DNA from: an uncultured Acidobacteriota bacterium
Lineage (GTDB): Bacteria; Acidobacteriota; Thermoanaerobaculia; Multivoradales; UBA5704
Direction of reading: 5' to 3'
Assembly: GCA_963770895.1 (NCBI GenBank)
Contig: CAVYRF010000002.1
Span: 1,248,001-1,312,000, forward strand
DNA length: 64,000 bases
In this document: in pieces, positions 10,564 through 23,270 of the stretch
How the letters are laid out: each line of letters starts with the position of its first letter
How positions within the stretch are numbered: the first letter of the stretch is position 1
Position numbers and translations under genes: made by a program
Notes under the pieces: model-generated
What the model saw: the letters and a program-made list of their open reading frames with translations, nothing else
The model's database searches: none
What the model was told of the DNA's origin: nothing

Positions 10564-11429
10564 CGCACCACCTCGTAGGCGCGCAGCCGCCGCCACAGCA
10601 GCGCCATGCAGACGCCCGTCCCGGCGATCAGCGCCACCCATGCGGCGCCGACCGGCAGCTGCGTCGGCAGGTCCAGGCCGAAGAGGCCCGCCCAGATGGT
10701 TTCGATCACCTGCCACACGCTGAGCATCCCTCCCCACCAGGTGCCCAGGGCCAGCTCCAGGATGTGGGCGAAGGCCTGCATCACGAACAGCAGGATGATC
10801 AGGACGATGCGCGCCAGCGGCTTCCATTTCACCCACGCCGACACCGCCAGGGCCAGGAGCGACAGCGAGACGATCCACACCGCGCTGCCGGCCAGCAGCG
10901 CCGCTCCCAGGCGCAGGTGGGTGCCGAACCAGCCGCCGCCTTCCAGGTAGGCCTGCAGCAGAAACAGCGCCAGGCCCGGCACCCAGGTGATCGCCGACAT
11001 GAGGAGCGCCAGCACCGACAGCTTCCCCAGCACGTAGGAGGGGCGCGTGATCGGCCGCGACAGGTAGAGCGCCAGGCCGTTGTTGCGCAGGTCGGGCGAG
11101 ATCAGCGCCGGCGCCACGGCAACCGCCACCAGGAAGGCGCAAAAGCCGGTGATCTGCAGCACCGGCGCAAAGAAATGGCCGTCGATCGGCAGCGACTGCT
11201 GGATCTTCTCCGGCGGCAGGCCGATCACCGCCAGCGCCGCCAGGTTGTGGCGCAGGTAGATCATGATCAGGCCCACGAACGACGGCAGGAAGCAGAGCAG
11301 GTAGAAGCTGAGAAACATGCGGCTGCGAAAGACGTCCATCAAGGCATAGCGCGGCACCACCCAAAAGCGCGCCGCGGGGCCGGAGAGCGGCCCCTGGTAA
11401 CGCCGCCAGGTGCGCTCATGGACGGCCAT
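10560..11429 (-). CDS. ABC-2 type transporter permease
   Basis: multiple TM helices, [20 protein letters not shown] motif. Confidence 0.85.
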   Translation of the reverse strand: MAVHERTWRRYQGPLSGPAARFWVVPRYALMDVFRSRMFLSFYLLCFLPSFVGLIMIYLRHNLAALAVIGLPPEKIQQSLPIDGHFFAPVLQITGFCAFLVAVAVAPALISPDLRNNGLALYLSRPITRPSYVLGKLSVLALLMSAITWVPGLALFLLQAYLEGGGWFGTHLRLGAALLAGSAVWIVSLSLLALAVSAWVKWKPLARIVLIILLFVMQAFAHILELALGTWWGGMLSVWQVIETIWAGLFGLDLPTQLPVGAAWVALIAGTGVCMALLWRRLRAYEVVR

Positions 11430-12507
11430 CGGCGTCCCCTTCCATGGCCTTCAAGAAGATGTCCTCCAGAGAATCCCGCTTGTAGTCGAGGCGCCGGATC
11501 TGCAGCTGCGCGCCGGCCGCCAGGCGGAACATGTCCGCCACCTCGACCCCTTCGGGCAGCACCAGCTTGAGGCGATGGCGCGCCCCGGCGGCGGTCTCGC
11601 AGCCGATCCCGGCCGCCATCCGGGCGAACTCCGGCCCCGCCATGGCGCCGTCCGCGGTGCGCACTTCCAGCTCCAGCAGCCGCTTGTTGGCGCGCCGCTC
11701 TTCGTCGAGGTTGGCGTACACCGCCACCTGGCCGTCCTTGAGCACCAGGACCTCTTCGCAGCACTCCTCGACGTCGCGCAGCAGGTGCGACGAAAGGATC
11801 AGGCGCGCCTGACCGCTGTCGCGGATGCCGCGGATCAGGTCCAGCATGCGCCGGCGCGCGGGCGGGTCCAGGCCGTTGGTGGGTTCGTCCAGGAACAGCA
11901 GGCGCGGACCGTGGGCGATGGCCTGGGCCAGCTTGGCCAGCTGCTTCATGCCCAGCGAATAGCTTTCGACCGGGCGGTAGCGGGCTTCCCCCAGGCCGAC
12001 GAAGAACAGCGCTTCGTGCGCCCGTTCGAGCGCCGCCGGCGCCGGCAGCCCGGACAGTTCCGCCATCAGGCAGACGAAGCGCACACCGGACAGGCCGGCG
12101 ATGAACGAATCGCGCTCGGGCATGTACCCCATCTCGGCGCGGATCGCCGCCGGCTCGCTGAGGATGTCGCGGCCCAGGACGCGCGCCGTGCCGGACGCCG
12201 GCGCGTGAAAGCCCAGCAGGGTGTGGAGCAGCGTCGTCTTGCCGGCGCCGTTCGGTCCCAGCAGGCCGATGCACCGGCCGGTGAGCGACGCCGAAAGGCC
12301 GCGCAGCACCGGCCGGCCGCCGAGCGCGACGGTGAGACGGTCGAGCTCGACGACCGGCGGGGAGGGAGGGGCGGGAGGGGTCGTCGAAGCCGGGGCGGTC
12401 GCCGGTGACGGGACCGGCGGCCCTGGAAGGGTCGCCGGAGTGGCCGAGGCCGGCGAGCCCGCCGGTGGGGACGCGTGGGGCAGCTGCTGGGGCTCGACCG
12501 GTTGCAT
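11416..12507 (-). CDS. ABC transporter ATP-binding protein (Pro/Ala-rich N-terminal extension)
   Basis: [29 protein letters not shown]. Confidence 0.92.
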   Translation of the reverse strand: MQPVEPQQLPHASPPAGSPASATPATLPGPPVPSPATAPASTTPPAPPSPPVVELDRLTVALGGRPVLRGLSASLTGRCIGLLGPNGAGKTTLLHTLLGFHAPASGTARVLGRDILSEPAAIRAEMGYMPERDSFIAGLSGVRFVCLMAELSGLPAPAALERAHEALFFVGLGEARYRPVESYSLGMKQLAKLAQAIAHGPRLLFLDEPTNGLDPPARRRMLDLIRGIRDSGQARLILSSHLLRDVEECCEEVLVLKDGQVAVYANLDEERRANKRLLELEVRTADGAMAGPEFARMAAGIGCETAAGARHRLKLVLPEGVEVADMFRLAAGAQLQIRRLDYKRDSLEDIFLKAMEGDADGRP

Positions 12508-12589
12508 GGCGTCAGCGTTTCCTGGTTGCCGTCGGTTTGGTTGCGCTCGCTGCCCGTGTCTCGATTGCCGATGGGAACGTGGCGGCAGC

Positions 12590-15500
12590 CTAGACGCTGC
12601 CGGGCACCTGCTGGATGCCGGCACCGGCGCCGGCCTGGTGAGACCGGCCCGCCTTGCTGGCGGCGGCGCCGTGGGCGCTGTCGATCCGTCCGAGCACCCC
12701 GCCGAAGCCCGCCAGCACCGCCAGGTTGCGCCCCAGGGGGCCCCCCTGCCCATGGCCGGCGATGACGATGCGGTCGGTTTCGCCATAGGCGTACAGCAGC
12801 GACGGGCCGCTGACCATGCCGGCCAGCAAGCCGCGGAACGACGGCGGTACTGGCGGCGACGGCGGCGACGGCACGCCGGTGGCGCGTTGGCCGGGGGAGC
12901 CGGCGGCGGCGCCCTCCGACCCGGCGCCGGCGCCCATGGCGGCGCCGAGCGAACCCATGAGCGGCGCCAGGTTCTGGTAGAAGAGCGCCGACACGTTGAC
13001 CTGGCCGTCGCGGCCGAGCAGGTTCTTCAACCCCGCGGCGGTGGCAAGGGTGGTGCCGGCGGCGCGCTGCGCCAGCGCCGCCGCCACCAGCGCGCGCGTC
13101 GGAGCCGCCACCAGGTAGCCGTCGGCATAGACGTAGCACAGCGAGATCTGCGGCTGCGAGGAGCTGATGGTGTACCACGTCTGACCGCCCGAGCTGTCCT
13201 GGGCCAGGGTGACGCCGGGGCGCCCCTGCGCGATCAGGTCGGCGTTGAGCTGCGTCACCGCGCCGGCAACCGTCTGCTGCAAGCGCACCGGGTCGTACAC
13301 CTCCACCACCAGCTTCCAGGACGGCGTGGGCAAGACCGGCCCGTCCATGCCCAGGGCGATCTCGCCGCCGAGCGGCGCCGCCAGGTCGTCACGCAGGTTG
13401 AAGCCGTGCTGGGCTTCGGCCTTGGCCAGGTTGGCCGCCATCTCGGGAGACAGGGCGAGCAGTTCGTCGAGCAGGTCCACCGGGCTCTTTACGACGAACG
13501 CGGCGACCAGGTTTGCGTCGGCCGAAAAGAAGCCCAGGCTGCCCATCGGCGCCGGCGCCGCCAGCCACGAGGCGATGCCGCGCCGCGACTGGCTGAAGGT
13601 GAGCGCGGCGCGCAGATCCGAGGCGCCGCCGTTGCCGCCGTCCGCCGCCGCTGCCGCGCCCGGCGCAGCGGAGTTGTGGCGTTCGACGATGAAGTCCTGC
13701 AGATCGGCAAGTCCCATCGCCGCCATGCGCTGCGCCGCCACCGAGGTCCGGGAGGAGGCGCTGGCCGCCATCAGCTGCTGCAGGTCGACGCCGAACAGCC
13801 AGCCCGCCCCGTCGCTGTACGCCTGCGTCATGCGGGCATGGAAGGCCGACGAGACGAACGGATTGAAGGCGCCGCTTTGCACGTTGGCGACCACCGTCGC
13901 GATCTGCGCCGGGCTGGGCGAAGCCACCAGCAGGCCCTGGCCGACCCACACCGAAACCGCCGAAACCTTGCCGCCGGCCGGCGGTGCGGCCGGCTGGCCG
14001 GCCGCCGGGAGCTGCGACAGCAGCACCAGCGCGGTACGCCCCAGGCGCTGGTTGATGGCGGCGATCTGTTGCGTCAGGGTGGCGCGCAACGCCGCCTCCT
14101 GGCTGGTTTCGGCCAGCAGCACCACGGACGAAGCCGCGGCGGCCGCCGCGCTGCCGGCGCTACCGGCGCCGCCCGAATTGCCCGCACTGCCAGCAGGGGT
14201 CGAGCTGCCGCCGCTGCCGGCGCTGATCACCACTTCGTTGCCCAGGTAGCCGCCGACGTCGCCGATCTGCTGCACCAGCTGGTTGAGCTGTGCCTGGGCC
14301 GCCGGCGATCCCAGAACCTGGTTCCACCACTGCGCCAAAACCGGGTCGTCGGCCAGCCGCTGCTCCAGCAGCTGCTGCGCCTGCACCAGGTTGGCGCTCA
14401 CGTTGGGCAGCGAGATGTAGAACTGCGTCCCCGCCGGCACCAGGTCCAGCAGCCGGCTGGTGGTGCGCAGCGCCGGCGCCGCGATCTGGCCGTCGATCTG
14501 GCGGCCCGCGGCGGTGATCGCGGGCAGCGCGGCCAGCAGGGCGTTGTAGCGCTGCGCATCGCGGCTCCAGGACACCTCCTGGGCAACCGGCACGGCGGTG
14601 ACGCTGGCGCGGGTGGTCACCTGCTGACCGGGGTCGAGCACGCTGACCGCCGGCACGATGGCCCGGTGATCTCCAGGAGCGCCGGGAGCGCCGAAGGCGC
14701 CAAGGTCGGAGGGAGAGGCCGGCGCCGATCGTTCGACGCGCACCTGCCCCTGGATGACCGACACCCGCGATCCCCGGATGCCGTGGTTGACGGCGAAGAT
14801 GGTGCCGGTCACCGCCACGCGGCAATCGGCGGTGGTGACGTACAGATGGTGGGGGCGTTGGTGGGCGGCCTGGACGATGATGCGGCCGTGATCCAGCTCG
14901 ATGGTGTTGCCGCCGCGGCCCTGGGACAGCGACAGACCGGCGCGCTCGGCCATTTCGATGCGCGAACCGTCGGTCATGCGCAGCACCGCGTGCGACGTCT
15001 TGGCGGTGCGCAGCTGCTCGCCGGCGGTGACCACGTCACCGTTGACGACCGGCACGCTGGTCGCTCCCTGCACCCGGTACATGCGCCCGTCGACGGCTTC
15101 GACGCTGGCCATGCGCGCCGGTGCGGCACCCCACGGCCCGGCGGTGAAGGCCCAGGTCAATGCCAATCCCAGGCCCGCCACCAGCAGCGCCGCGAGCGGC
15201 AGCCAGCGCCGCGCCGGCGAGGCGCCCGGCCCGAGCGCCGGAGGCGCGCCCCAGGCAGGCGACGACCAGACCGGGGCGTCGCCCTCCCCCAGCGCGGCAT
15301 CGGGAAAGTTGGCCGCTGCGCCGGCCTCCCTGGAAGCATCGTGCGCGATGCGTCCCTGGCGAGCGGTGGCGAGCGCTCGCCGGCAGGGGATGCACTCCCG
15401 CGCATGGTCTTCGACCAGCGCCCGGCGCGCCGCGGTCAACCCGCCCTGCAGGTAGACGGGGATGTCGCGCCCCAGGTCGCTGCCGCAGCCGGTCAGGCCG

Positions 15501-15643
15501 GCGGCGGCGGCGGCCGTCAGCCGCTGCCAGACCCGCTGCGCCGACGCCTCGACATCGTGGTCGTCCAGCCGATCGGCGAGCACTTCCGCCACCGCAAGAT
15601 TGAGAGGGGTCTGCTTGGAGTCTTCGTTGGTAAAGCGGCTCAT
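12590..15643 (-). CDS. large anti-sigma factor: zinc-finger (HxxxCxxC) + TM + FecR domain + DUF3352-like extracytoplasmic region
   Basis: HARECIPC; [19 protein letters not shown]; FecR-like [28 protein letters not shown]; ATGA overlap with sigma stop. Confidence 0.8.
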   Translation of the reverse strand: MSRFTNEDSKQTPLNLAVAEVLADRLDDHDVEASAQRVWQRLTAAAAAGLTGCGSDLGRDIPVYLQGGLTAARRALVEDHARECIPCRRALATARQGRIAHDASREAGAAANFPDAALGEGDAPVWSSPAWGAPPALGPGASPARRWLPLAALLVAGLGLALTWAFTAGPWGAAPARMASVEAVDGRMYRVQGATSVPVVNGDVVTAGEQLRTAKTSHAVLRMTDGSRIEMAERAGLSLSQGRGGNTIELDHGRIIVQAAHQRPHHLYVTTADCRVAVTGTIFAVNHGIRGSRVSVIQGQVRVERSAPASPSDLGAFGAPGAPGDHRAIVPAVSVLDPGQQVTTRASVTAVPVAQEVSWSRDAQRYNALLAALPAITAAGRQIDGQIAAPALRTTSRLLDLVPAGTQFYISLPNVSANLVQAQQLLEQRLADDPVLAQWWNQVLGSPAAQAQLNQLVQQIGDVGGYLGNEVVISAGSGGSSTPAGSAGNSGGAGSAGSAAAAAASSVVLLAETSQEAALRATLTQQIAAINQRLGRTALVLLSQLPAAGQPAAPPAGGKVSAVSVWVGQGLLVASPSPAQIATVVANVQSGAFNPFVSSAFHARMTQAYSDGAGWLFGVDLQQLMAASASSRTSVAAQRMAAMGLADLQDFIVERHNSAAPGAAAAADGGNGGASDLRAALTFSQSRRGIASWLAAPAPMGSLGFFSADANLVAAFVVKSPVDLLDELLALSPEMAANLAKAEAQHGFNLRDDLAAPLGGEIALGMDGPVLPTPSWKLVVEVYDPVRLQQTVAGAVTQLNADLIAQGRPGVTLAQDSSGGQTWYTISSSQPQISLCYVYADGYLVAAPTRALVAAALAQRAAGTTLATAAGLKNLLGRDGQVNVSALFYQNLAPLMGSLGAAMGAGAGSEGAAAGSPGQRATGVPSPPSPPVPPSFRGLLAGMVSGPSLLYAYGETDRIVIAGHGQGGPLGRNLAVLAGFGGVLGRIDSAHGAAASKAGRSHQAGAGAGIQQVPGSV

Positions 15644-16218
15644 GACCTGTCTCCTTGCCACGACTGCAGCTCACCCTGGAGCCGGCGACGCGCGCGGTGC
15701 AAGATAACGGCGATCGCGGTCTGCGTGCTGCCCAGCAGGCGTGCGATCTCCAGGTTGCCCATCCCTTCGAGGTAACGCAGCGCGAAGATCTCCGCCTGGC
15801 GCGGCGGCAGCTGCGACAGCGCCGCGCGCAGGCGGCGGCTGAGCTCGCGGTTGCGGCTGGCGTGCTCGGGGCCGCGCTGGCCCCCGTCGACAAGATCCGT
15901 TTCCACGTCGTCCAGCGCCACGGTGCGGGCGCGGCGGCGCGAGCGCAGCAGGTCGAGCGCGGCGTTGACCGCCGCGCGGTGCAGATAGCTGGCCGCCGTC
16001 TCCTCCAACACGATCGGGCCGTCTTGAGGCCGGCGGCGAATCAGGCGGGTGAAGACGGTCTGCAGCACGTCCTCGGCATCCATGGCGTTGCCGGTGACGC
16101 GGTACGCCGCCCGCAGCACCGCCGCGTGATGTCTGGAGAAGATTGCTTCGAGGCCGCTCGATGAGCCGCCGCTTGGGGCGGGCAGCGCGGCGATACTTTC
16201 GCGGGCAACGGCTGGCAC
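15640..16218 (-). CDS. ECF RNA polymerase sigma factor
   Basis: AYRVTGNAMDAEDVLQTVF, YLHRAAVNAALD, LPPRQAEIFALRYLEG..EIA; AAGGAGG RBS before GTG 16218. Confidence 0.92.
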   Translation of the reverse strand: MPAVARESIAALPAPSGGSSSGLEAIFSRHHAAVLRAAYRVTGNAMDAEDVLQTVFTRLIRRRPQDGPIVLEETAASYLHRAAVNAALDLLRSRRRARTVALDDVETDLVDGGQRGPEHASRNRELSRRLRAALSQLPPRQAEIFALRYLEGMGNLEIARLLGSTQTAIAVILHRARRRLQGELQSWQGDRS

Positions 16219-16362
16219 GGGTTCGTCCCTCCTTGGAACGTCGGCGACCCGCTGGGCGGCCGCGGCGTCCTCGATGTCCTCAGACAAGGAACGATCCTGT
16301 GGCGCAATTCTTACATGCACTCTGCCGCCGGACGCGCCCCGGCATCCCACCGGGCCGTGGCA

Positions 16363-17613
16363 TCAGGCGTTTTCGACCCGCTGCAGGAACTCGTCGAGCA
16401 CCCGGTTGAACAGCTCGGGCCGGTCCATCATCAGCCAGTGACCGGTGCCGCGCATCAGGTGGACAGGCAGATCCGGCACCAGCGTGTGGAGACTGTAGGG
16501 CAGGCTGTTCATCTCGCTGATCACCGCCAGCTTCGGTCCCCGGTAGGCGGCCAGGGCGGGGATGGGCGAGAAATGGACGCCCCCTTCCACCGCCGCGGCG
16601 ATGGCCTCTTCGTGGGTGAGGCGCAGGTCGTCCATCACCCACCGTGCCGCGTCGCGGTCGCCCCCCATCGCCAGCTGGCGGAAGTACGCCTCCAGCTCGC
16701 GCAGCGGGTCGGCGCGCAGCGCCTCCAGGAAGGGCTCGATCTGCTGGCGCGGGATGCGGGTCTGATCGCCGTTGGGATCGACCAGCAGCAGCCCGGCCAC
16801 CCTGGGGGCGTGCGCCGCGGCATACGCCATCGCCACCGTCGCGCCCAGGCTGTGGCCGACCAGCACAAAGCGCCGCAGCGCAAAGTGATCGGCGACCGCC
16901 GCCACGTCGCCGGCCAGCGCCGCCGGCGCGTAGGGGCCGCCGGGCAAGGCGTCGGGAGCGCCGGACGCGGGATCGGACTCGCCGTGACCGCGCAGATCCA
17001 GGGCCAGGGCGCGCCGGGAGCGCCGCAGGTGGTCGAGCTGCAACGACCACTGGCCGCCGTTGCCGGCCAGGCTGTGGATGAACAGGACCGGCAGGCTGCC
17101 CACCTCGCCGACAGCGCCGACAGCGCCGGCCACGCCGCCGGCACTGGCGGCGCCGGCACCACCGAGGCCGCCGGGGCCGCCGGCGCGCACGAACAGCGTC
17201 CCCGCCGGACCGGCGATCCAGGCCTGCTCCAGGTCGACCGGCGCCCCTGCCGCACCATCGAGATCCGCGGCCGGCTGAGGCTGGTCGAAGCCCTGGTCCT
17301 GGCTCCCCTGCGCCCCCGCGACCCGCCGAGCCGCGCCGTGGCGCGGACGGGCGCCTTCCCGGCCGGCAGCCGCCGGCGGCGCCGCTCCCGCCACACCGGG
17401 CCGGTCGTCGGCGTCGTCGTCGGTGTCGTCGCGCTCCTGGCGCCGGCCGCCAGCAAGCACTGCCGCCGCCGCGCCCACCACCGCCAGCCCGAGGACCGCC
17501 GGCCACAGCAGGCGCCCCCGGCGTCGCCGCCCGCGGGCGCGGCGGCGCCGCCCAGGCTTGGCGCCGCCCGTCGTCGTGGTCGTACCGGTTCCGTCTGGCG
17601 ATGGTGTCCGCAT
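16363..17613 (-). CDS. alpha/beta fold hydrolase with N-terminal Arg-rich/TM extension
   Basis: FIHSLAG, DLRGHGES, GHSLG nucleophile elbow, C-terminal GHWL..DRP; start uncertain. Confidence 0.85.
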   Translation of the reverse strand: MRTPSPDGTGTTTTTGGAKPGRRRRARGRRRRGRLLWPAVLGLAVVGAAAAVLAGGRRQERDDTDDDADDRPGVAGAAPPAAAGREGARPRHGAARRVAGAQGSQDQGFDQPQPAADLDGAAGAPVDLEQAWIAGPAGTLFVRAGGPGGLGGAGAASAGGVAGAVGAVGEVGSLPVLFIHSLAGNGGQWSLQLDHLRRSRRALALDLRGHGESDPASGAPDALPGGPYAPAALAGDVAAVADHFALRRFVLVGHSLGATVAMAYAAAHAPRVAGLLLVDPNGDQTRIPRQQIEPFLEALRADPLRELEAYFRQLAMGGDRDAARWVMDDLRLTHEEAIAAAVEGGVHFSPIPALAAYRGPKLAVISEMNSLPYSLHTLVPDLPVHLMRGTGHWLMMDRPELFNRVLDEFLQRVENA

Positions 17614-17796
17614 GTTCACCCGGTGTGCTCGAAGCTGGGCTTGCTGCCGCCGAACGCGGGAGGTTTGGCCGCCCTTCCCTGGCCGGCCAGGGCGTCGGCA
17701 AGTTGACATCCCGATGGCGATTCTAGTATCAATCGCGCCTTACGTCCGCAGCCGTGGGCCGACGCCTGGTAACGAGGAAACTCGGGAGGGGTGCCA

Positions 17797-18843
17797 ATGT
17801 CTGTGCCTGAACATCGCCATCGCTGTCCGCCAGACCGCTTCCGGCTGGCTGCGCCGGCGGCTTCCGGTCCCGGTTTCCTGCTGTGCTGCGCCCTGCTGCT
17901 GGTGTTCGGCCTGTGCGGCGGTTTCAGCGCCCAGGCGGCCGAACCCTCCCAGCCGTCTCGCCCCGATCCGCGCGGCAATCTGCCGGCGGCGCCGGCAGCG
18001 GCGCAGGCGGCAACCACCGCCGACACCGCCGATGGCGCCTGCCGCCCGCTGGCCGAGGCGGCGCCTGCCGGCACCTCGCCGGGGGTCGACGGCACCGCCG
18101 GGCTGCTGGCGGGGGCCTTTGCCGGCTTCGCCGACCAGGCGCCCACCGCCGCCGAGCCGCCGCCCGCCGGCGCAACCAGCGCCGCGGGCGCCGCCGACAT
18201 GGCGCCGCAGCTGGTCAACCGCGCCGCCGCGCCTGTCCCGCAGGCGCCCGCCGCCGCGGCCGGCCCGCCAGGAGCGCCCGACCTGGCCACCGCGGTCGCC
18301 GCCGCCGCGCCGCCGGAGCCGCTGCCGGTCCCCTCCCTGGCTTTCGATCCTTCCTTCGGCATCCCCCCCACCCGTTTCGGCAAGCTCATCTACCAGATCG
18401 CCAGCCGCTACGCGCTCAACCCGCTGCTGGTCGCGGCGCTGGTCGAAGCGGAATCGGATTTCAATCCGCGCGCCAGGTCCCGCAAGGGAGCCTGCGGGCT
18501 GATGCAGCTGCTGCCGGCGACCGCCCGCCGCTTCGGCGTGTGGCGTCGCCGCGACCTGTTCAACCCCAAGAAGAACCTGGAAGTGGGCAGCCGTTACCTG
18601 CGTTGGCTGATCGACCGCTTTGGCGCCGACCCCGCGCGCGTGCTGGCCGCCTACAACGCCGGCGAGGGCGCCGTGGACCGCTTCGGCGGCGTGCCGCCGT
18701 TCGCCGAAACGCGCGACTACGTGACGCGCATCTTCGCCGAGCTGGGCTTCTCGGTGCTGCTGGACGCATCGCCCGCGGCGCTGAGCGGGACGGGCGGGGT
18801 CGCCGCTGCCGCCGGTCTCGACGCGGTCAGCGGCACCAAGTAG
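17797..18843 (+). CDS. lytic transglycosylase (SLT domain) with signal peptide and Ala/Pro-rich linker
   Basis: AESDFNPRA.S.KGACGLMQL, LAAYNAGEG, ETRDYV. Confidence 0.92.
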   Translation: MSVPEHRHRCPPDRFRLAAPAASGPGFLLCCALLLVFGLCGGFSAQAAEPSQPSRPDPRGNLPAAPAAAQAATTADTADGACRPLAEAAPAGTSPGVDGTAGLLAGAFAGFADQAPTAAEPPPAGATSAAGAADMAPQLVNRAAAPVPQAPAAAAGPPGAPDLATAVAAAAPPEPLPVPSLAFDPSFGIPPTRFGKLIYQIASRYALNPLLVAALVEAESDFNPRARSRKGACGLMQLLPATARRFGVWRRRDLFNPKKNLEVGSRYLRWLIDRFGADPARVLAAYNAGEGAVDRFGGVPPFAETRDYVTRIFAELGFSVLLDASPAALSGTGGVAAAAGLDAVSGTK

Positions 18844-18907
18844 CGGTCGCGGTCAATTTCCGGGTTTCCTGGTTTCCGGGCCGCCGGGGAGGCTGGCGCC
18901 GCCCGTT

Positions 18908-20125
18908 TCAGCCGGGACGGCCCTTGGCGGCCAGGGCGTCCTTCCCCTGGGAAGCGCCGCCATGGCCGCCGGAGCGCGACGCGCGGGCGACGGCGGTGAT
19001 CCCCACACGGTGCCAGGCGTTGTTCATGTAGCCCTTGAAATTCCACAGCTGGGCGGGGCTTTCGGGCTGGGTCTGCGCGGCGCTGTCCCAGGCGCGGCAG
19101 ATCAGCTGGTGCCGGCCGGCGCCCAGCGGCACCACGATGCGCCACAGCCGCCATGCCCAGAGTCCCCGCTGCTTGAGGATCTCGGCCGTGCTCCAGCTGG
19201 CGCCGCCGTCGACGGAGACGTCGACACGGGACAGGCGCTTGCCCGCCCCGGCGACGGCAACGCCGCTCACTTCGACCTGGCCGGCGCGCACCGCCTCGCC
19301 TTCGGCTGGCGAGGTGATCAGCGAGTTGAGCGACTGTTCGCCCAGCATCATGCCCCGCTCCCAGCCGGACTCTTCGGTCGGCGCGGTCAGCACGCCGGGA
19401 GGGAACAGGCGGTAGGCGCGCGCCTGAAAGTAGTTGGTGGACGGAGCATCCTGAATGACGATGCTGGACAGCCACTTGACGCTGCGGGCGCCGATGTAGC
19501 CGGGCACCAGGGCGCGCAACGGCGCCCCGTGCTCGGGCGGCAGCGGCTGGCCGTTCATCTCGTAGGCCAGCAGGACTTCCGGCGCCAGCGCCTTGGTGAG
19601 CGGGATGGAGCCGCCGAAATTGAAGCGGTGTCCGTGCCGCTCCGTGTCGTCCAGGGCTTCGAACGCGGCGTGCAGGCCGCCGGCGGCGGGATCGGAGTCG
19701 GAGCCGGAGTCGGAGTCGGGCGCCGGGGCCACCTGCGCCATCGCCAGCACGTCGCTCAGCCGCGCGCCGCCCCAGACGGCGTTGCTCACCGCCTCGGAGC
19801 CCCAGGGGAGCTCACCCGGAATGGGCGCCACCGCGCCCAGCTCGGCGCGGCGGTTGCCGGCGCATGCCAGGGTGGCGGTGACCTCCACCTTGGGCAGCCG
19901 TCGCAGATCGTCCAGGCTGAGCGAAAGCGGGCGGCCGACCAGCCCGCTGACGCTCAGCCGGTGGCTTGCCGGGTCGACCTGCGGCACGTCGCCGTGGTTG
20001 CGGATGAAAAACAGCTCGTTGGGGGTGAGGAAGCTGGCGCCCAGGTGATCCAGGCCAGGGCCCGCGTTGAGCGGGCTCTGCTGGCGGATGATCAGGCCTG
20101 GGTGCGGTGGGCGCTGCTCACTCAT
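18908..20125 (-). CDS. sulfite oxidase family molybdopterin enzyme (no export signal)
   Basis: FFIRNHG, LACAGNRR (Mo-ligand Cys), HGAPLR.LVPGYIGARSVKWL, WNFKGYMNNAWH. Confidence 0.92.
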   Translation of the reverse strand: MSEQRPPHPGLIIRQQSPLNAGPGLDHLGASFLTPNELFFIRNHGDVPQVDPASHRLSVSGLVGRPLSLSLDDLRRLPKVEVTATLACAGNRRAELGAVAPIPGELPWGSEAVSNAVWGGARLSDVLAMAQVAPAPDSDSGSDSDPAAGGLHAAFEALDDTERHGHRFNFGGSIPLTKALAPEVLLAYEMNGQPLPPEHGAPLRALVPGYIGARSVKWLSSIVIQDAPSTNYFQARAYRLFPPGVLTAPTEESGWERGMMLGEQSLNSLITSPAEGEAVRAGQVEVSGVAVAGAGKRLSRVDVSVDGGASWSTAEILKQRGLWAWRLWRIVVPLGAGRHQLICRAWDSAAQTQPESPAQLWNFKGYMNNAWHRVGITAVARASRSGGHGGASQGKDALAAKGRPG

Positions 20126-20693
20126 CGTCGTACGAAAGCTGCCGTCGCTGACGCCGGTAGAGACCCTCCGCCTCGGGCATGAACACCGAACAGTGGTCCA
20201 TTTCGCCGCCGTAGACGTGCAGCGTCAGCGCGATCTGGTCGCGGCTGGCGTTGGCCAGGACGTGATGCTCGAACGGCGGGATGAGCGCGCCCGCCGACCC
20301 CGCGGTCGCCCGCACACATCCCCGCTGCTCGAAGCGGCACAGCCCGTCGGCGCGCTCCTCCTGCAGCTCGTAGCGCGTCACCTCCAGGTGCCCCTCGACC
20401 ACCCCCTCGACGCACCAGATGCCGGCGTGGTCGTGCAGCGAGGTGCGCTGGCCCGGGCCCCAGGTCATGATCAGGGCGGTGAAGCCAAGCTCTTCGTCGC
20501 GATGCAGCAGGCGGCGGCAGTAGCGATCGGGGTGGGCGGCGCGAAAGCGGTCCGGCAGCTCCAGCCCCTGGGCCGGGATGAAGTGTTCCAGGTCTTCCTT
20601 GATCTGCACCACGATAGCCTCGGGCTCGCGCAGGCGCGCGGCGGCGCGCAGGCTGGCGATCAGGGGCTCGACGTCGAGAGCTGGCGCTTTCAT
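20118..20693 (-). CDS. cysteine dioxygenase family protein
   Basis: Y.RRLL, WGPGQ.TSLHDH..WC, H..AN, TLHVY cupin motifs; GGAGA RBS. Confidence 0.88.
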   Translation of the reverse strand: MKAPALDVEPLIASLRAAARLREPEAIVVQIKEDLEHFIPAQGLELPDRFRAAHPDRYCRRLLHRDEELGFTALIMTWGPGQRTSLHDHAGIWCVEGVVEGHLEVTRYELQEERADGLCRFEQRGCVRATAGSAGALIPPFEHHVLANASRDQIALTLHVYGGEMDHCSVFMPEAEGLYRRQRRQLSYDDE

Positions 20694-20713
20694 GTGGTTC
20701 TCCCCTGGAAGGA

Positions 20714-22644
<1,931 letters not shown>

Positions 22645-22841
22645 CTCGCTTCGCGCAGGCGCTCCCTCAATAGAGCCATGGTGATGTTTGCATACCGTGC
22701 GTCGTCCGCTTCGTCGGGGCCTTGGGGTTGGACTGGAGAGGGCGGAGCGCACTCCGCACCGGCGCGGAACTCTACCATGAAGCCTGCGCACCGGCGGCGT
22801 TTGACAGCCGCGGCGCGGCGCTATTAAGCTTCCAATGAGCC

Positions 22842-23270
22842 ATGAAACAGACGCAGCAGTTCCCAAGCCCGCTGGTGGAGCAGGAGCTGGTCAAGCTGGA
22901 AAACGAATGGGCGCGAGCGTGGCAGCTGCCCGACCCGGCTGCTTTGGAAAACCTCATCGCCGACGATTTCACGCTGACCAGCGCGCTCTCCAAGGGTGAG
23001 GTCACCAACAAGCGGCAATACATCGACACGGTCATCCGCCTGGTGCGCGGCGAAAGCTACAGCTTCGAGCGGATGAACGTGCGCATTTACGGCGATACGG
23101 CGGTGATCACCGCCTGCTTCCAGCAGTCCGCCACCTTCGCCGGCAGCGATTGGAGCGGCGACTTCCTGGTCACCGACGTATGGGTCAAGCGCGGCGGCCA
23201 GTGGCGGGTGGTGGCCCGCCACGCCAGCCAGCCCAGCACCGCGCCGCTGACGGCCGATCAGCCGCTGTAA
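22842..23270 (+). CDS. NTF2-like (DUF4440) protein
   Basis: LE.EWA.A..D..ALE.LIADDF, VRIYGDTAV, TDVWVKRGGQWRVVARHAS. Confidence 0.85.
   Translation: MKQTQQFPSPLVEQELVKLENEWARAWQLPDPAALENLIADDFTLTSALSKGEVTNKRQYIDTVIRLVRGESYSFERMNVRIYGDTAVITACFQQSATFAGSDWSGDFLVTDVWVKRGGQWRVVARHASQPSTAPLTADQPL

Noticed and set aside
12221-15775. 1184-aa plus-strand ORF and similar long antisense ORFs (e.g. 40363-43914, 60045-62402)
   Set aside because: Shadow frames of real genes in high-GC DNA; Arg/Gly/Ala-rich with no recognisable motifs.
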